A DNA stretch of 60,857 bases, the filler included, from an uncultured bacterium (GTDB lineage Bacteria; Hinthialibacterota; Hinthialibacteria; Hinthialibacterales; Hinthialibacteraceae): assembly GCA_964449065.1 (NCBI GenBank). It is 6 parts of 6 records of this genome, joined end to end, with 100 filler letters (N's around TTAATTAATTAA, not from the genome) between each part and the next. Parts side by side here need not be neighbours in the genome. Positions count along the whole stretch, not along the records: positions 1 to 10,225 come from CAYVAZ010000185.1; positions 10,326 to 20,495 come from CAYVAZ010000186.1; 4 more parts are not named here. One strand, 5' to 3'. The notes beneath the pieces are model-generated. The model was not told the DNA's origin, searched no databases, and saw only the letters and a list, made by a program, of their open reading frames with translations. This document shows positions 8,756 through 18,564 of the stretch, piece by piece; the first letter of the stretch is position 1; the number at the start of each line of letters is the position of its first letter. The translations under genes and the position numbers were made by a program.

Positions 8756-9817
8756 CTAATACAGGTGCCAAAGTTTAACTTGTACCGGATTCTCTACCAC
8801 ATCAACAAACCATGAGTGTTCAATTGTTGTTCCATCAAAGTCGTCAACAGCCTGGGCTGTGACAGTGAAGGTTTCCGCAGTCTCGGGGTGAAAATCAAAC
8901 ACTCCGTCGGAGCTCGCCTCCTCCCCATTAACAAGATATCGAATTTGAACAAAGTCGTTGTCAGGATCAAAAGACTGTACCGAAAATGAAGCTGGTATGG
9001 GCGCACCCAAAACGGTATCTATGCTCATTTCTGTTGGAACAATCTCTGAAAAATAAGGAGAGCGATTCAACAGAATCGACGCACCTTCAGCGTTTGCGTC
9101 GCTCCATGCATTGCCCAGGTTGGTTTGTGCGCGGACATAAATGCGAGGATGAAAACCCTCGGGCAGCGTAGACGAATTGTATCCGTCAGAGACCAGTGCT
9201 TCTTCACCTGAATCAAAAGCCCCGTCGACTGTCCCCAAGGGGCTTCCTTCGCCAACAGGTGTATTGGGGTTTAACGTCCACTCGGCAGCCGTAATCCGCT
9301 CCTGAACGGTTTCAAACACGGCTGAGCGAGCGGCGCTCCAACGGCCATCCTGGTCGCGGGTTCTTACATAGATTGTGTTTCGTCCTTCAGGCAGCTTGCC
9401 AAAACCGCTGATTTCTGGTGAAAAGCGTTCGCGTGGCTCGTCCCACGCGCCGTCGTCGGGCGTTTCAATGGCAACCCCGTTGCCTTCGCCGGGATCATTG
9501 TTGATGAACCACTCGGCGCCGGCCAGAAATGTGTTGCCATCGACGTGCAAGTAATCAAAACTTCGCCAGTGTGACCACAAACCTTCCGCGCTACGCATAC
9601 GCACGGAAACGGTATGAAAGCCTACGGGCAAGCCGCTGTTTTCAACATCGACCGAATATTTCGTTTCACCACTCATGACCTCAGCGTCAGGAACCAATGT
9701 CATATTGAACGGTTCGCCTTCGTTGATGCGATATTGAGCCGCAACGATGCTTTGGGCGTAGACCGGAAGCATTGAAGCCAACAGAAAAAGTGTGATGCAT
9801 AAATTCAGGTTCTGCAT
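8756..9817 (-). CDS. Secreted protein with three repeated Ig-like units plus a final Ig-like domain
   Basis: Signal peptide; repeats AAQYRIN / AGAEWFINNDPGEGNG / TAAEWTLNPNTPVGEG, each followed by [ST]x[SY]VR....G.WS; ends VKLWHLY. Confidence 0.75.
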   Translation of the reverse strand: MQNLNLCITLFLLASMLPVYAQSIVAAQYRINEGEPFNMTLVPDAEVMSGETKYSVDVENSGLPVGFHTVSVRMRSAEGLWSHWRSFDYLHVDGNTFLAGAEWFINNDPGEGNGVAIETPDDGAWDEPRERFSPEISGFGKLPEGRNTIYVRTRDQDGRWSAARSAVFETVQERITAAEWTLNPNTPVGEGSPLGTVDGAFDSGEEALVSDGYNSSTLPEGFHPRIYVRAQTNLGNAWSDANAEGASILLNRSPYFSEIVPTEMSIDTVLGAPIPASFSVQSFDPDNDFVQIRYLVNGEEASSDGVFDFHPETAETFTVTAQAVDDFDGTTIEHSWFVDVVENPVQVKLWHLY

Positions 9818-9841
9818 TGTGGTTTCCCTATCCTGATAGTA

Positions 9842-10225
9842 TTAATTTGTTGCGCCGACGGCTTCGATAGTGAAAATGTCGCCCTGCTTGATCGTGCCAG
9901 GCGTCACCTTGATATCTCGAATGATCGGGGCGCCAGTCAGCGATTCGAAAAAATTAGACACATAAGGCCCGCCATAAGCGCCAATGTCATTACGAGAACC
10001 GTCTGGGTCCTCATAACGGTTCAGCGGATTGCCCATATTTCTCATCGGAGAATTGTTGAGAAGGCGGGCGTCGTTAAAAGGATCAAGAAACTGGGGGTCG
10101 ACTGACATATTGCCAGAGTTTTCTTCAAAGCCCAGATCATCAGTAATGCCAATGCCTTCAGAAATCTTTATATGACGGTCCGGCAAAAAGTCGAACATAA
10201 AATCCGAAAAAATCATACCGCTAAT
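9842..10225 (-). CDS. C-terminal part of a right-handed beta-helix-type protein (5' end lost at contig edge)
   Basis: VDPQF...NSP..N.GNP....DPDGSRNDIGAYGGP is a typical beta-helix C-terminal cap. Confidence 0.7.
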   Translation of the reverse strand: MSGMIFSDFMFDFLPDRHIKISEGIGITDDLGFEENSGNMSVDPQFLDPFNDARLLNNSPMRNMGNPLNRYEDPDGSRNDIGAYGGPYVSNFFESLTGAPIIRDIKVTPGTIKQGDIFTIEAVGATN

Positions 10226-10325
10226 NNNNNNNNNNNNNNNNNNNNNNNNNNNNNNNNNNNNNNNNNNNNTTAATTAATTAANNNNNNNNNNNNNNNNNNN
10301 NNNNNNNNNNNNNNNNNNNNNNNNN
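10226..10325. other. Artificial contig spacer
   Basis: 100-nt N run with central TTAATTAATTAA (stops in all six frames). Confidence 0.97.
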
Positions 10326-10398
10326 CAAAGCGAAGCGTAGCCCACCATGACCATCTCTGCTCACTCGATTTTAACCAACAGTCTTATTGCAACTTGGG
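10326..10398. repeat. Right end of a dispersed MITE/REP-like repeat (family B)
   Basis: AAGCGAAGCGTAGCCCACCA..ACCATCTCT.CTCACTCGATTT.AACCAACA....TTGCAACTTGG closely matches 20686-20759. Confidence 0.75.
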
Positions 10399-10471
10399 AT
10401 TATGCGCTGTGTTTATTCCAATGAAAAAGGCTCATACCGTTCCTTTTCAAAACGACCGTAACGAATAGAAA

Positions 10472-12499
10472 TTATGGGGTTGACGGAAGTACTGTACGCA
10501 AGAACAAGCCGACGGTTTGATAATAAATTTCACGGTTGGATTGCTTTTTAAAGCCATGACCTTCATCTTTGGCAAGAAGATACCATACGGTTTGACCATT
10601 ATCCCGAATGGATTGGACAATTTGTTCGCTTTCCCCGGCCGGGACGCGGGGATCGTTTAATCCTTGAGCGATTAACATCGGTTTGTTGATTGCCGCCGCG
10701 TTTGTGGTTGGAGAAATTTGATGGAGAAATTCACGCATGTCTGGATTGCTTTCGTCACCATACTCTTCCCGCCTCAGCTCGCGGCGGTATTCTTTGGTGT
10801 TTTCCAAAAAGGTAACAAAGTTGCTGATTCCTACGATTTCTATACCGGCCAGCAACCGTTCACTGTAATGAATCATAGAGGCCAGTACCATATAGCCGCC
10901 GTACGAGCCGCCCATAACAACTACGCGGGTTTCATCCAACTCCGGCTGTTCCTTGATCCAATCCAGTAACGCTCCGATATCCTTTACGGAATCTTCCCTT
11001 CGGGTTCCATTATCCAACTTTAGATAGCTTTTTCCGTAACCGTTAGACCCGCGAACATTCGGTGCCACGACCGCCATGTTTAGTTCATTTAAAAAGTATT
11101 GAAACGAACCATTAAACCTTGGACGGTATTGGCTTTCCGGCCCTCCATGGATATAGATCAATACTGGATGCGGTGCATGGGACTCCAGCACCGGTTTGTA
11201 GTAAAACGCGGGAATCGTGCGGGACGCTCCGTCTACTTCATCAAAGGTCTTGTAGTGAATCAATTCCGGTGAGACGAAATAATCCGGGTCCAAGCCGCCG
11301 GTTTCGCTGAAGGTCCACCGCTCGAAATCATCATATTTTGGGATATTGATGACATAGACATCTTCCGGGGAGGCCGGAGTATCAATGGTCAACGCCAATT
11401 TCTCCCCATCCAAACTAAAGGAGATATCTGAAATGACGCCAACTGGAACAGGAAGAGTGCCCATTTTCTGCTTATTTTTCATGTAGAGAAGGTGAAGTTT
11501 ACTCACCCCGTTTTCGTTGCTCACAAAAGCCAAATAGCGTCCATCATCCGATAGGTCAAACGACGTGATATTCCAAGGAATCTCGGTTGTGAACGAAGTC
11601 AATTCCTTTGATTCCATATCCAGCGAACGCAATTCGAGAAACTCGGAATCTTGATCGGAAATAAAGTACAATTGGTTCCCGTGCCGCGTCCATTCCGCCT
11701 GCCCGGCATACGCGATTTTTTCATCAGAGGGATTGATTTGCTTCATTTCTTTTGATTGTAAATTCAACGTGTACAAATACGACTCGTTGATGGAGACATA
11801 ATGAATCAACAACAGTTGATTGCCGTCCGGTGACCAATCCAATGGAATCCATAAACCGGAATTTTGCAGCAGCAATTCCGCTTCGCCGGGATTGTCGGTA
11901 TTCGCGATGTAAATGTCATAGTCTTTTTGGTTGCGTTTGGTGGAACTATAGACGAAGCGGTCCCCTTTTGTCGACCATACCACGCCAAGGTTTCTTGCCG
12001 TTCCATCGGTAATTTGTCTCACGTCGTTGGTGGCGGTATCCAATTGATAGATTTGATAGTTTTCCTGACCGTCTTCATCTTTGGTAAACAACAGAGTGTT
12101 CTGCGTAGCGCCGGGACAAACCGCCACGGCACTCACCGGTTCCATCGAAAAGGTATGTTGGGTCCGGGCGCCGCCCGGCATGGAAACCGAGTGAATCTGC
12201 GGAGTTTCGGCAAACCGGGTTTTTATATAAAGTTTGTTTCCTGAAGGATGCCATCCGGCTAAGGACGCAGAACGGGTATTGAGATAGGGGTGTAAGGATG
12301 TCTGGACTTTCTCCGGTATGGGAGGGATGTTTTCAAGGATAAGGTTCCCCCACTCTACCCGATTGATCTCCGTCTGATTATCAGAATGTACCGGATTAAC
12401 AATATGAGTAAACCAAAAAAAGAAAACAACACACTTCCAGTATCTACGAATCATGCAATATATTCTCATAGAAAAAAATGTTCGTTCCATTCGTAACAT
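10472..12499 (-). CDS. S9-family serine peptidase (prolyl oligopeptidase/acylaminoacyl-peptidase-like), secreted
   Basis: Beta-propeller repeats, IHGGPE, PNVRGSNGYG, GGSYGG, D-PRVP, EGHGF; true start probably slightly downstream. Confidence 0.92.
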   Translation of the reverse strand: MLRMERTFFSMRIYCMIRRYWKCVVFFFWFTHIVNPVHSDNQTEINRVEWGNLILENIPPIPEKVQTSLHPYLNTRSASLAGWHPSGNKLYIKTRFAETPQIHSVSMPGGARTQHTFSMEPVSAVAVCPGATQNTLLFTKDEDGQENYQIYQLDTATNDVRQITDGTARNLGVVWSTKGDRFVYSSTKRNQKDYDIYIANTDNPGEAELLLQNSGLWIPLDWSPDGNQLLLIHYVSINESYLYTLNLQSKEMKQINPSDEKIAYAGQAEWTRHGNQLYFISDQDSEFLELRSLDMESKELTSFTTEIPWNITSFDLSDDGRYLAFVSNENGVSKLHLLYMKNKQKMGTLPVPVGVISDISFSLDGEKLALTIDTPASPEDVYVINIPKYDDFERWTFSETGGLDPDYFVSPELIHYKTFDEVDGASRTIPAFYYKPVLESHAPHPVLIYIHGGPESQYRPRFNGSFQYFLNELNMAVVAPNVRGSNGYGKSYLKLDNGTRREDSVKDIGALLDWIKEQPELDETRVVVMGGSYGGYMVLASMIHYSERLLAGIEIVGISNFVTFLENTKEYRRELRREEYGDESNPDMREFLHQISPTTNAAAINKPMLIAQGLNDPRVPAGESEQIVQSIRDNGQTVWYLLAKDEGHGFKKQSNREIYYQTVGLFLRTVLPSTP

Positions 12500-12814
12500 G
12501 TCAGCCCTTTGAACTCGTTATCCCTCCCCAATCTTGGGCAAAGGCTTCTCTCGAATACATAGTCTTGTACAAGTTCAATTCAAACGGCCGACTTCTCATC
12601 CCGTTGCTATGTTAAATTCTTAGGCTCTAAAACCGCCGCGCTTTTTCGGCAATTGTAATTGCAAGTGATAGAACCATCATTTAGAAGGCATCATCTTTGG
12701 GAATTCCGTTCCACTCAATTCCCACGATCTGAACGCCGTACCATTGTTTAGAGAGGAAATTTTGAGCGAGTATAGCCAATTTCTTTGGAGTTGCGCTTTC
12801 AAAACATGTCCAAA

Positions 12815-13726
12815 TTATAACAAGTTATATTTCTTCTGCCAGTCTTGATTCAAATCCAGTTGACGGGCAATTTTCAGTAATTTATTTTTAAATTTTTTGT
12901 GTTCGTTCTGATAATACGTTTGTGCCGACCGTTCAAGTACCTCGATTGCTTTCTCCTCTTGATTGGTCTTGCGATAGGCTTCGGCTAAATCCAAACCGAA
13001 TTCCACATAGTTTTTGTCGTTAGAAAAGGCTTTCTCCAGATAGGGAATGGCTGTTTTGGGTTGGTCCATTTTGTTTAAATAAATATGACCCACTTGATGA
13101 TATGTGCGGGGCAGCCAAAATTTTTCCGCTTCCGATAAAGGTTTTGATTCGGCTAATTCTAATGTTTGCAGGTAATATTTTAACGCGGTCTTGTAGTCGT
13201 CTTTCTCTTTGAAGTACAAAATACCCAATTCATGCAAGGGAAAAATGCTTTTCGGAAAATCCTTCGCAAGCTGGTTAAGGATTTGTTCGGCTTTTTCATC
13301 ATTTCCTCCCATGATCCAGGGAGTCAATCGAAGGCGAACGGCTTCCCCCAAACGGGCGCGTTCCGTGGTGGGATCCAACTCCAAAGCTTTTTCATAGAGT
13401 CCAAACACTTCTCTACAATCATTAAATAAGGCCAAGTCTGATTTTCCTTGACGATGCTGATCATCCACCAAAAAGCCTTTGGTTTGAGCCAGCCAGCAGA
13501 TGTAATTTACATTCTTGGGCTCACGCTTGACGCAAAGTGAAAAGAGCTCTTCTGCGTGTTTTAACTGAAAATCAAAAAGGGCATCCTTCCCTCTTTCAAA
13601 AATAACTTGCGTATCTGTATCTGCTAATGCCGTTTGCGGTACGGATTGTTCTTCCGCATTCACTATTTGTATCGAAAAATAAATCAAACAAAGAAGCGCA
13701 TACAATACGGTAAATTTCATTTTCAT
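12815..13726 (-). CDS. Secreted TPR protein
   Basis: Signal peptide; TPR-like units (YEKALELDP, HELGILYF, HQVGHIYL, DLAEAYRK). Confidence 0.8.
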   Translation of the reverse strand: MKMKFTVLYALLCLIYFSIQIVNAEEQSVPQTALADTDTQVIFERGKDALFDFQLKHAEELFSLCVKREPKNVNYICWLAQTKGFLVDDQHRQGKSDLALFNDCREVFGLYEKALELDPTTERARLGEAVRLRLTPWIMGGNDEKAEQILNQLAKDFPKSIFPLHELGILYFKEKDDYKTALKYYLQTLELAESKPLSEAEKFWLPRTYHQVGHIYLNKMDQPKTAIPYLEKAFSNDKNYVEFGLDLAEAYRKTNQEEKAIEVLERSAQTYYQNEHKKFKNKLLKIARQLDLNQDWQKKYNLL

Positions 13727-14064
13727 AACATAACCTTTTGAAGTGAAGTTTTATTTTCTATTATATTTTTCGTAGATTTTAAAATAATTTCCCTTTAAAA
13801 CAAGTGAATTCAGCATTGGATTCCCAAAAAAATAATTCTTGAGTTAATTGTTTCGATACAATCCAAAGTAGCCATTCTTGATGCCGGTTTTCTGCGTTTT
13901 AGAGCGTTTCAAAATTGGATAGACAGAATCTGTCGTTGTTCCCCCCTTATTTAAGGGGGGTAGGCGGGATCAAAGACAATCTCTTTCTATCTCAAACCTG
14001 AATTACTCTAACGGATGCTGCAATCAGATGAAAACTTCCTTCCTTGCCCCCAAAATGTCAATAC

Positions 14065-14164
14065 NNNNNNNNNNNNNNNNNNNNNNNNNNNNNNNNNNNN
14101 NNNNNNNNNNNNNNNNNNNNNNNNNNNNNNNNNNNNNNNNNNNNNNNNNNNNNNNNNNNNNNNN
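14065..14164. other. Scaffold gap (100 N, no stop linker)
   Basis: Run of N. Confidence 0.95.
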
Positions 14165-14576
14165 ATACCCCAAAATCAAAGAACGCTGCTGCCAAATTGA
14201 CCGCTGATAGTTCGCAATTAGAACAGTATGCACGTGATAATATTCTTATGTTTGACCGTTCGTCTTGCCCTTTGAAAGACAAACATAAAAAGTTCTTTAC
14301 GCGACAGTCACCTCAAACAATACAGTTGCACCACTGGGAGAAGGAATAAAAGATTCTCCGTGCCATTTACTTTTGCTGTATATTCCAACGGGATTACCTG
14401 TTATTGCCGGGTAAAAATGTCCAAAGAAGACACCGCCCCAGGTAGTGTAAACTCTTCAGGAAAATAATCAAAAGGTAAATTGTTGAGAAAAATCCTTAAC
14501 TGAATGGCATTGACTCCCGCTTGGTTCGGGAAGGGAAACGGCTTCAAATGGATGTTCTGTTGCTGTAAAAAAACGG

Positions 14577-15227
14577 TTACACATGAAGCGTCACGAAAAA
14601 ATCCCGTTCAATCTTCTCAATCCTGTAATCTTTCACATCCAGCGATTGCATCAAGTTTTCCAAATCTTCACGGTAATACATATTCAACTCGCAGTTGGAA
14701 AACCAGCGGTAGCGCAGTCGCCGCTGCCAGGCCAGAACCCCGCCTTCTTCCGGAAAACTAAAAACAATCTTATTCTTCGCCAAAGTTTGTAAGTGCTTGA
14801 TAAACGGGATGGGTTCCGGTATATAATCCATTACGCCCATCACTATGATGACATCAAAGCCTTCTTCGTCTTGATAGTCCATCACATCGGCGGTCTCAAA
14901 GCGGCAGCGGTCAGTCACGTTCTTTTCCTGCGCGTATTGCCGCGCGATCGATATCATATTGGAAGCAAAATCCACCCCCACCACCTCACGCGCGCCTTTC
15001 TGTGCCAACAGTACCGCGTAGTGTCCGGGGCCAGTGCCCACATCCAAAATGCGCTTATCCGCCACCGTTTCACAGGCCTCAATCGACTTCTGCATACGAA
15101 TCAACATGCTCTTGCGGAACCACTTGTCCATCAAGCGTGAAACCGCGTTGCGCTTGCCGCCGTATATTGAATCAAACTCTACCGCATACCCGTCAAACAA
15201 CTCTTTGACTGTTTGTTCATTGCTCAT
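14577..15227 (-). CDS. Class I SAM-dependent methyltransferase
   Basis: ILDVGTGPG motif I, VVGVD motif II, FDVIIVMGVMDY; overlaps the deacetylase stop. Confidence 0.9.
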   Translation of the reverse strand: MSNEQTVKELFDGYAVEFDSIYGGKRNAVSRLMDKWFRKSMLIRMQKSIEACETVADKRILDVGTGPGHYAVLLAQKGAREVVGVDFASNMISIARQYAQEKNVTDRCRFETADVMDYQDEEGFDVIIVMGVMDYIPEPIPFIKHLQTLAKNKIVFSFPEEGGVLAWQRRLRYRWFSNCELNMYYREDLENLMQSLDVKDYRIEKIERDFFVTLHV

Positions 15228-16072
15228 GGTTTTTCATCTCCATTGCGGAGGTCTTCCCGCCATTGTTGTAACGATGTAAACGAAAAGTCTTGTAGCAGCC
15301 GCCGCAGTTTTGCTTTGGTGGAATGCAAGTTTATATAACTTTTGAAATGACGGAATGTATTCATCCGCAGACGCGGCTGGTTTGGGTCGATGTCCCGCGG
15401 ATGGATATAAAACACCACCGATACCCCGTTTCGATTAAGCCGCCGCGTTTCCCGCTGAATCCACCAATACGGAAACAGCCGGAAATACCCTCCACCGCAA
15501 AAGCAATAACGCTTGCCAAAAAGAGTGGTTACCGTTATGGGATACTCTTGAATCTCCCCGTGCTTTGTTGAGACCCTATAAGGGTTCACTTCCGCGTTTT
15601 TTATCCCCCCGTGGCCGCGCGAGGCTGGGAATACCGAGCTATCGTATTTGTATCCGACTTCCGCCATGATTTCATACCCCCAAGGTGTGTTTTCCGTCAG
15701 CGAAAATCCAGGGGCACGGTAACACAATACCGGTGATTGAATTTGATCCTCGATAATGGTTTTGGCGGTTTGAATATCCTCCTTAAACTCTTCCGGCGAT
15801 TGCCGGTAAACCAACCGGTGGCTGGTACCGTGCGAGGCGATTTCATGTCCCCGCTCCTTGGCCTCTTGCACCAAATGAGGATACCGTTTCGCGATCCACC
15901 CCAAAAAAAAACAGGTGCTCTTCGCTTGCGTTTCTTCTAAAATATCCAACAAACGCGTAAAATTCGGTTCCAGCCGGCCGGGAAAAGAATCCCACTCCTC
16001 CATCTCCGGTTCGGATTCGATATCCAAAATGTGAAACCAGTCTTCTACATCAATCGTGAGTATATTTTTCAT
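15224..16072 (-). CDS. Polysaccharide deacetylase (DUF3473 / XrtA-system type)
   Basis: LTIDVEDWFH, GHEIASHGTSH, YRAPGFS, YDSSVFP, GGGYFRLFPY, FYIHP. Confidence 0.9.
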   Translation of the reverse strand: MKNILTIDVEDWFHILDIESEPEMEEWDSFPGRLEPNFTRLLDILEETQAKSTCFFLGWIAKRYPHLVQEAKERGHEIASHGTSHRLVYRQSPEEFKEDIQTAKTIIEDQIQSPVLCYRAPGFSLTENTPWGYEIMAEVGYKYDSSVFPASRGHGGIKNAEVNPYRVSTKHGEIQEYPITVTTLFGKRYCFCGGGYFRLFPYWWIQRETRRLNRNGVSVVFYIHPRDIDPNQPRLRMNTFRHFKSYINLHSTKAKLRRLLQDFSFTSLQQWREDLRNGDEKP

Positions 16073-16135
16073 AGCGGTGAAGCCATCATTTTCGTCTGCA
16101 ATACGCATACAGGATAGCCGAAAGGCGCGGGAAGT

Positions 16136-17041
16136 TTACGAGCCGAACATCCCTTTCATTTTGTTGAGGAACTTGGCCATGCGGGGCGTGGAGCCGTCGT
16201 TTCCATTGCTTCGTTTCGGCTTGGGTTCAGGCGCTTTGCCGGTCAAAGTGCATAGAACGTGTTCCATTGCCGGAAGCAATTCGGAAATATCATGGACTTC
16301 CTTCTTTCGCTTTTCAATATGCTCTTGAAACGCATGGATCGAATGCTGAATCATTTGTCCGTTCAGAGAAGCGATATCCCGTTTGGTGACCTTTTCTCTT
16401 TGCTGCACAATCCCGCACATGTCAGATATGGTTTTTACACTGCTCGGCTGGTTTAACGCGTTGGCGTCGGTAAGAAGTTTATTAAACCGCCGTTTTATCG
16501 ACGGCACTGTTTGTTCTCCCAGTTCCGTTTCCTTTTGCAGGATCGACTTTTGCATCTCCAATTGCTTGTGAGTATATTGCATATACGTTTCGACTTGATC
16601 CTGTACCTGAGTAACCGCCTTCTCCAAATTGTCCATCATCCGAACCAATTCGGTTTTCGCGTTCCGGGCAGCGTATCCATATTCAGCAAGAGATTGTTCG
16701 CGCTTGGTTAACACTTGAAACAGTGAACTTTTATCCAAAGCATTAAACTTTGACTCTTTATCTTGCGATAAAAACTCCGCCATTCTTCGAGTGGATTTTT
16801 GTGAACTGCGGCAATCCGAATACCGCACATCTTCATCAACCGCCATCAATTCAAAAGCCGCAGCAGTGTTGGATGATGAATGTTTGTGTGGATTGAAAAC
16901 TTCATCAATTGTGTCGAATACCAATCCACCCCGCTTACTCTTATCGCAGGCTTCATCCGGGGTAACCCCCGGATTTTTCTTGGAAAAATCTTCCGCCAAG
17001 GCTTGTTTAATGGCATTCGATACCTTAAGAAAGTCATTCAT
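16136..17041 (-). CDS. Hypothetical coiled-coil protein
   Basis: 301-aa ORF rich in heptad-like helices; no recognised motif. Confidence 0.7.
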   Translation of the reverse strand: MNDFLKVSNAIKQALAEDFSKKNPGVTPDEACDKSKRGGLVFDTIDEVFNPHKHSSSNTAAAFELMAVDEDVRYSDCRSSQKSTRRMAEFLSQDKESKFNALDKSSLFQVLTKREQSLAEYGYAARNAKTELVRMMDNLEKAVTQVQDQVETYMQYTHKQLEMQKSILQKETELGEQTVPSIKRRFNKLLTDANALNQPSSVKTISDMCGIVQQREKVTKRDIASLNGQMIQHSIHAFQEHIEKRKKEVHDISELLPAMEHVLCTLTGKAPEPKPKRSNGNDGSTPRMAKFLNKMKGMFGS

Positions 17042-17271
17042 ATTACTCTACTGGTAACCTTTGCAAGAAATCGAGAGTATAATGTATCCATTAAATTGCA
17101 ATTCTAACACCATATTACTTTGTTATTTTATTGAAATCGAGTTATTTAACAAGAATTATTCGCTTATTGAACCCACATAATTTCAATAAATTCGTATGAT
17201 AGACAAATTCACAATACTATTTGTAAAGATAAAATACAAATTTTCTCACCGTTCATTTTGAGGAGATCATT

Positions 17272-18387
17272 TTGATGGAAGGCCCATTATCCATAACACA
17301 GGAAGAACACGCCGAATTAATTGAATTATTGAATTTGTGTTTCCGCCAACAAGGCGGAGATATGCTGCAAGATTACCCCCGCCATGTTGGGCTTAGCAAC
17401 CAAAAAAACATTCGTGTCATAAAAGAAAATGGCAAAATTGTATCTCATATATCCACTTCGGTGCGGCCCGTTTTGCTAGGAGGCATTCCGACCTCAGTTG
17501 CCGGGGTAGGAGCCGTCGCGACCCATCCGGACGCCAGAGGAAAAGGATATGCATCCATTCTGATGAAAGACACAATCGAGCGGAGTGAACAGCAAGGCGC
17601 CGATATCATGCTGATCTCAAACGATCTCAATCTTTATCAACGGCAGCATGCCCGCTTGTGCGGCTTGTTTCCCTATATCGAAATCAAGGCCGGTCAAATC
17701 GAATCGTTAAACGGCTATCATGCCCGGCGCGCGGTACAGAACGACTTAGATCAAATTATCCGCTTGCGCAGAACTCTATCCACCCGTTATCAACTTCCCC
17801 GTGAAGACATGGAGGCGTTGATCCAACATAAGTTGGTGATGGACGAGTGGACCGAATGGTGGATGATTGAGCAGGATAACATTCCGGTGGGGTTCGGTGC
17901 CGTAAGCCGCAAAGACAACACGATAAACCTGCAAGCGTGGGCCGGGCACCCGGATGCCCTGCATTTTGGTACCGCCTTTTGGATGCGGCACTACAAAGCG
18001 GAGCTCTTCACTTTTCATGCCGTCAACACCTCTATTTTCCCTCTTCAGTGGAAACGGTTTGTCAAGGATACCGTCCTTTTTGATGGAAGCGTCATCGTAT
18101 TAAACGGCATTCGGTTTTTGGAACGGGCACGGGACTATATTGAAGAACGCATCGGCCGCAATTTATGGCTGCAGTTTCAATTGGAAGGCGACAAACAAAA
18201 ATTAACGATGAACTACCAAGATGAACGGATTTCGTTTGCCCACGGTGGAGAGATTGCCGAATGCTTTTTTGGCCTTCCTTACCGGGATGTATTGGCCGGC
18301 AAATGCAAACCCTCCACAACGATGTACAAAGTCCTGTCTAAATTCTTGCCGTTGCCTTTGGTTTGGTATGGTTTAGGGTATGTGTAA
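17272..18387 (+). CDS. GNAT acetyltransferase (Eis-like N-terminal domain)
   Basis: GVGAVATHPDARGKGYASILM acetyl-CoA-binding motif; GAGGAG RBS. Confidence 0.85.
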   Translation: MMEGPLSITQEEHAELIELLNLCFRQQGGDMLQDYPRHVGLSNQKNIRVIKENGKIVSHISTSVRPVLLGGIPTSVAGVGAVATHPDARGKGYASILMKDTIERSEQQGADIMLISNDLNLYQRQHARLCGLFPYIEIKAGQIESLNGYHARRAVQNDLDQIIRLRRTLSTRYQLPREDMEALIQHKLVMDEWTEWWMIEQDNIPVGFGAVSRKDNTINLQAWAGHPDALHFGTAFWMRHYKAELFTFHAVNTSIFPLQWKRFVKDTVLFDGSVIVLNGIRFLERARDYIEERIGRNLWLQFQLEGDKQKLTMNYQDERISFAHGGEIAECFFGLPYRDVLAGKCKPSTTMYKVLSKFLPLPLVWYGLGYV

Positions 18388-18564
18388 TTCGACAAAGAGC
18401 GTACCGCATAAACAAAAAGCGTGTAGAATATAAAGTTTGAAATGCGTTTTATTGTGAATGCAAACGTAAATCTATTTTGAACCAAAGAAAAATACGCAAT
18501 CATCGTTAAGTCCACAATGATTGAATAGGTCAAATCGGTTTTTTAAAATCTCCAGGGGGTAACC

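Noticed and set aside
7952..8815. 287-aa plus-strand ORF and other long antisense ORFs (e.g. 57108-57929, 19036-19698, 59598-59984)
   Set aside because: Shadows of better-supported genes on the opposite strand, with no motifs.
14041..14180. IS end flanking the scaffold gap
   Set aside because: Only a short CCCCAAAAT match on both sides of the gap and no transposase sequence; insufficient evidence.
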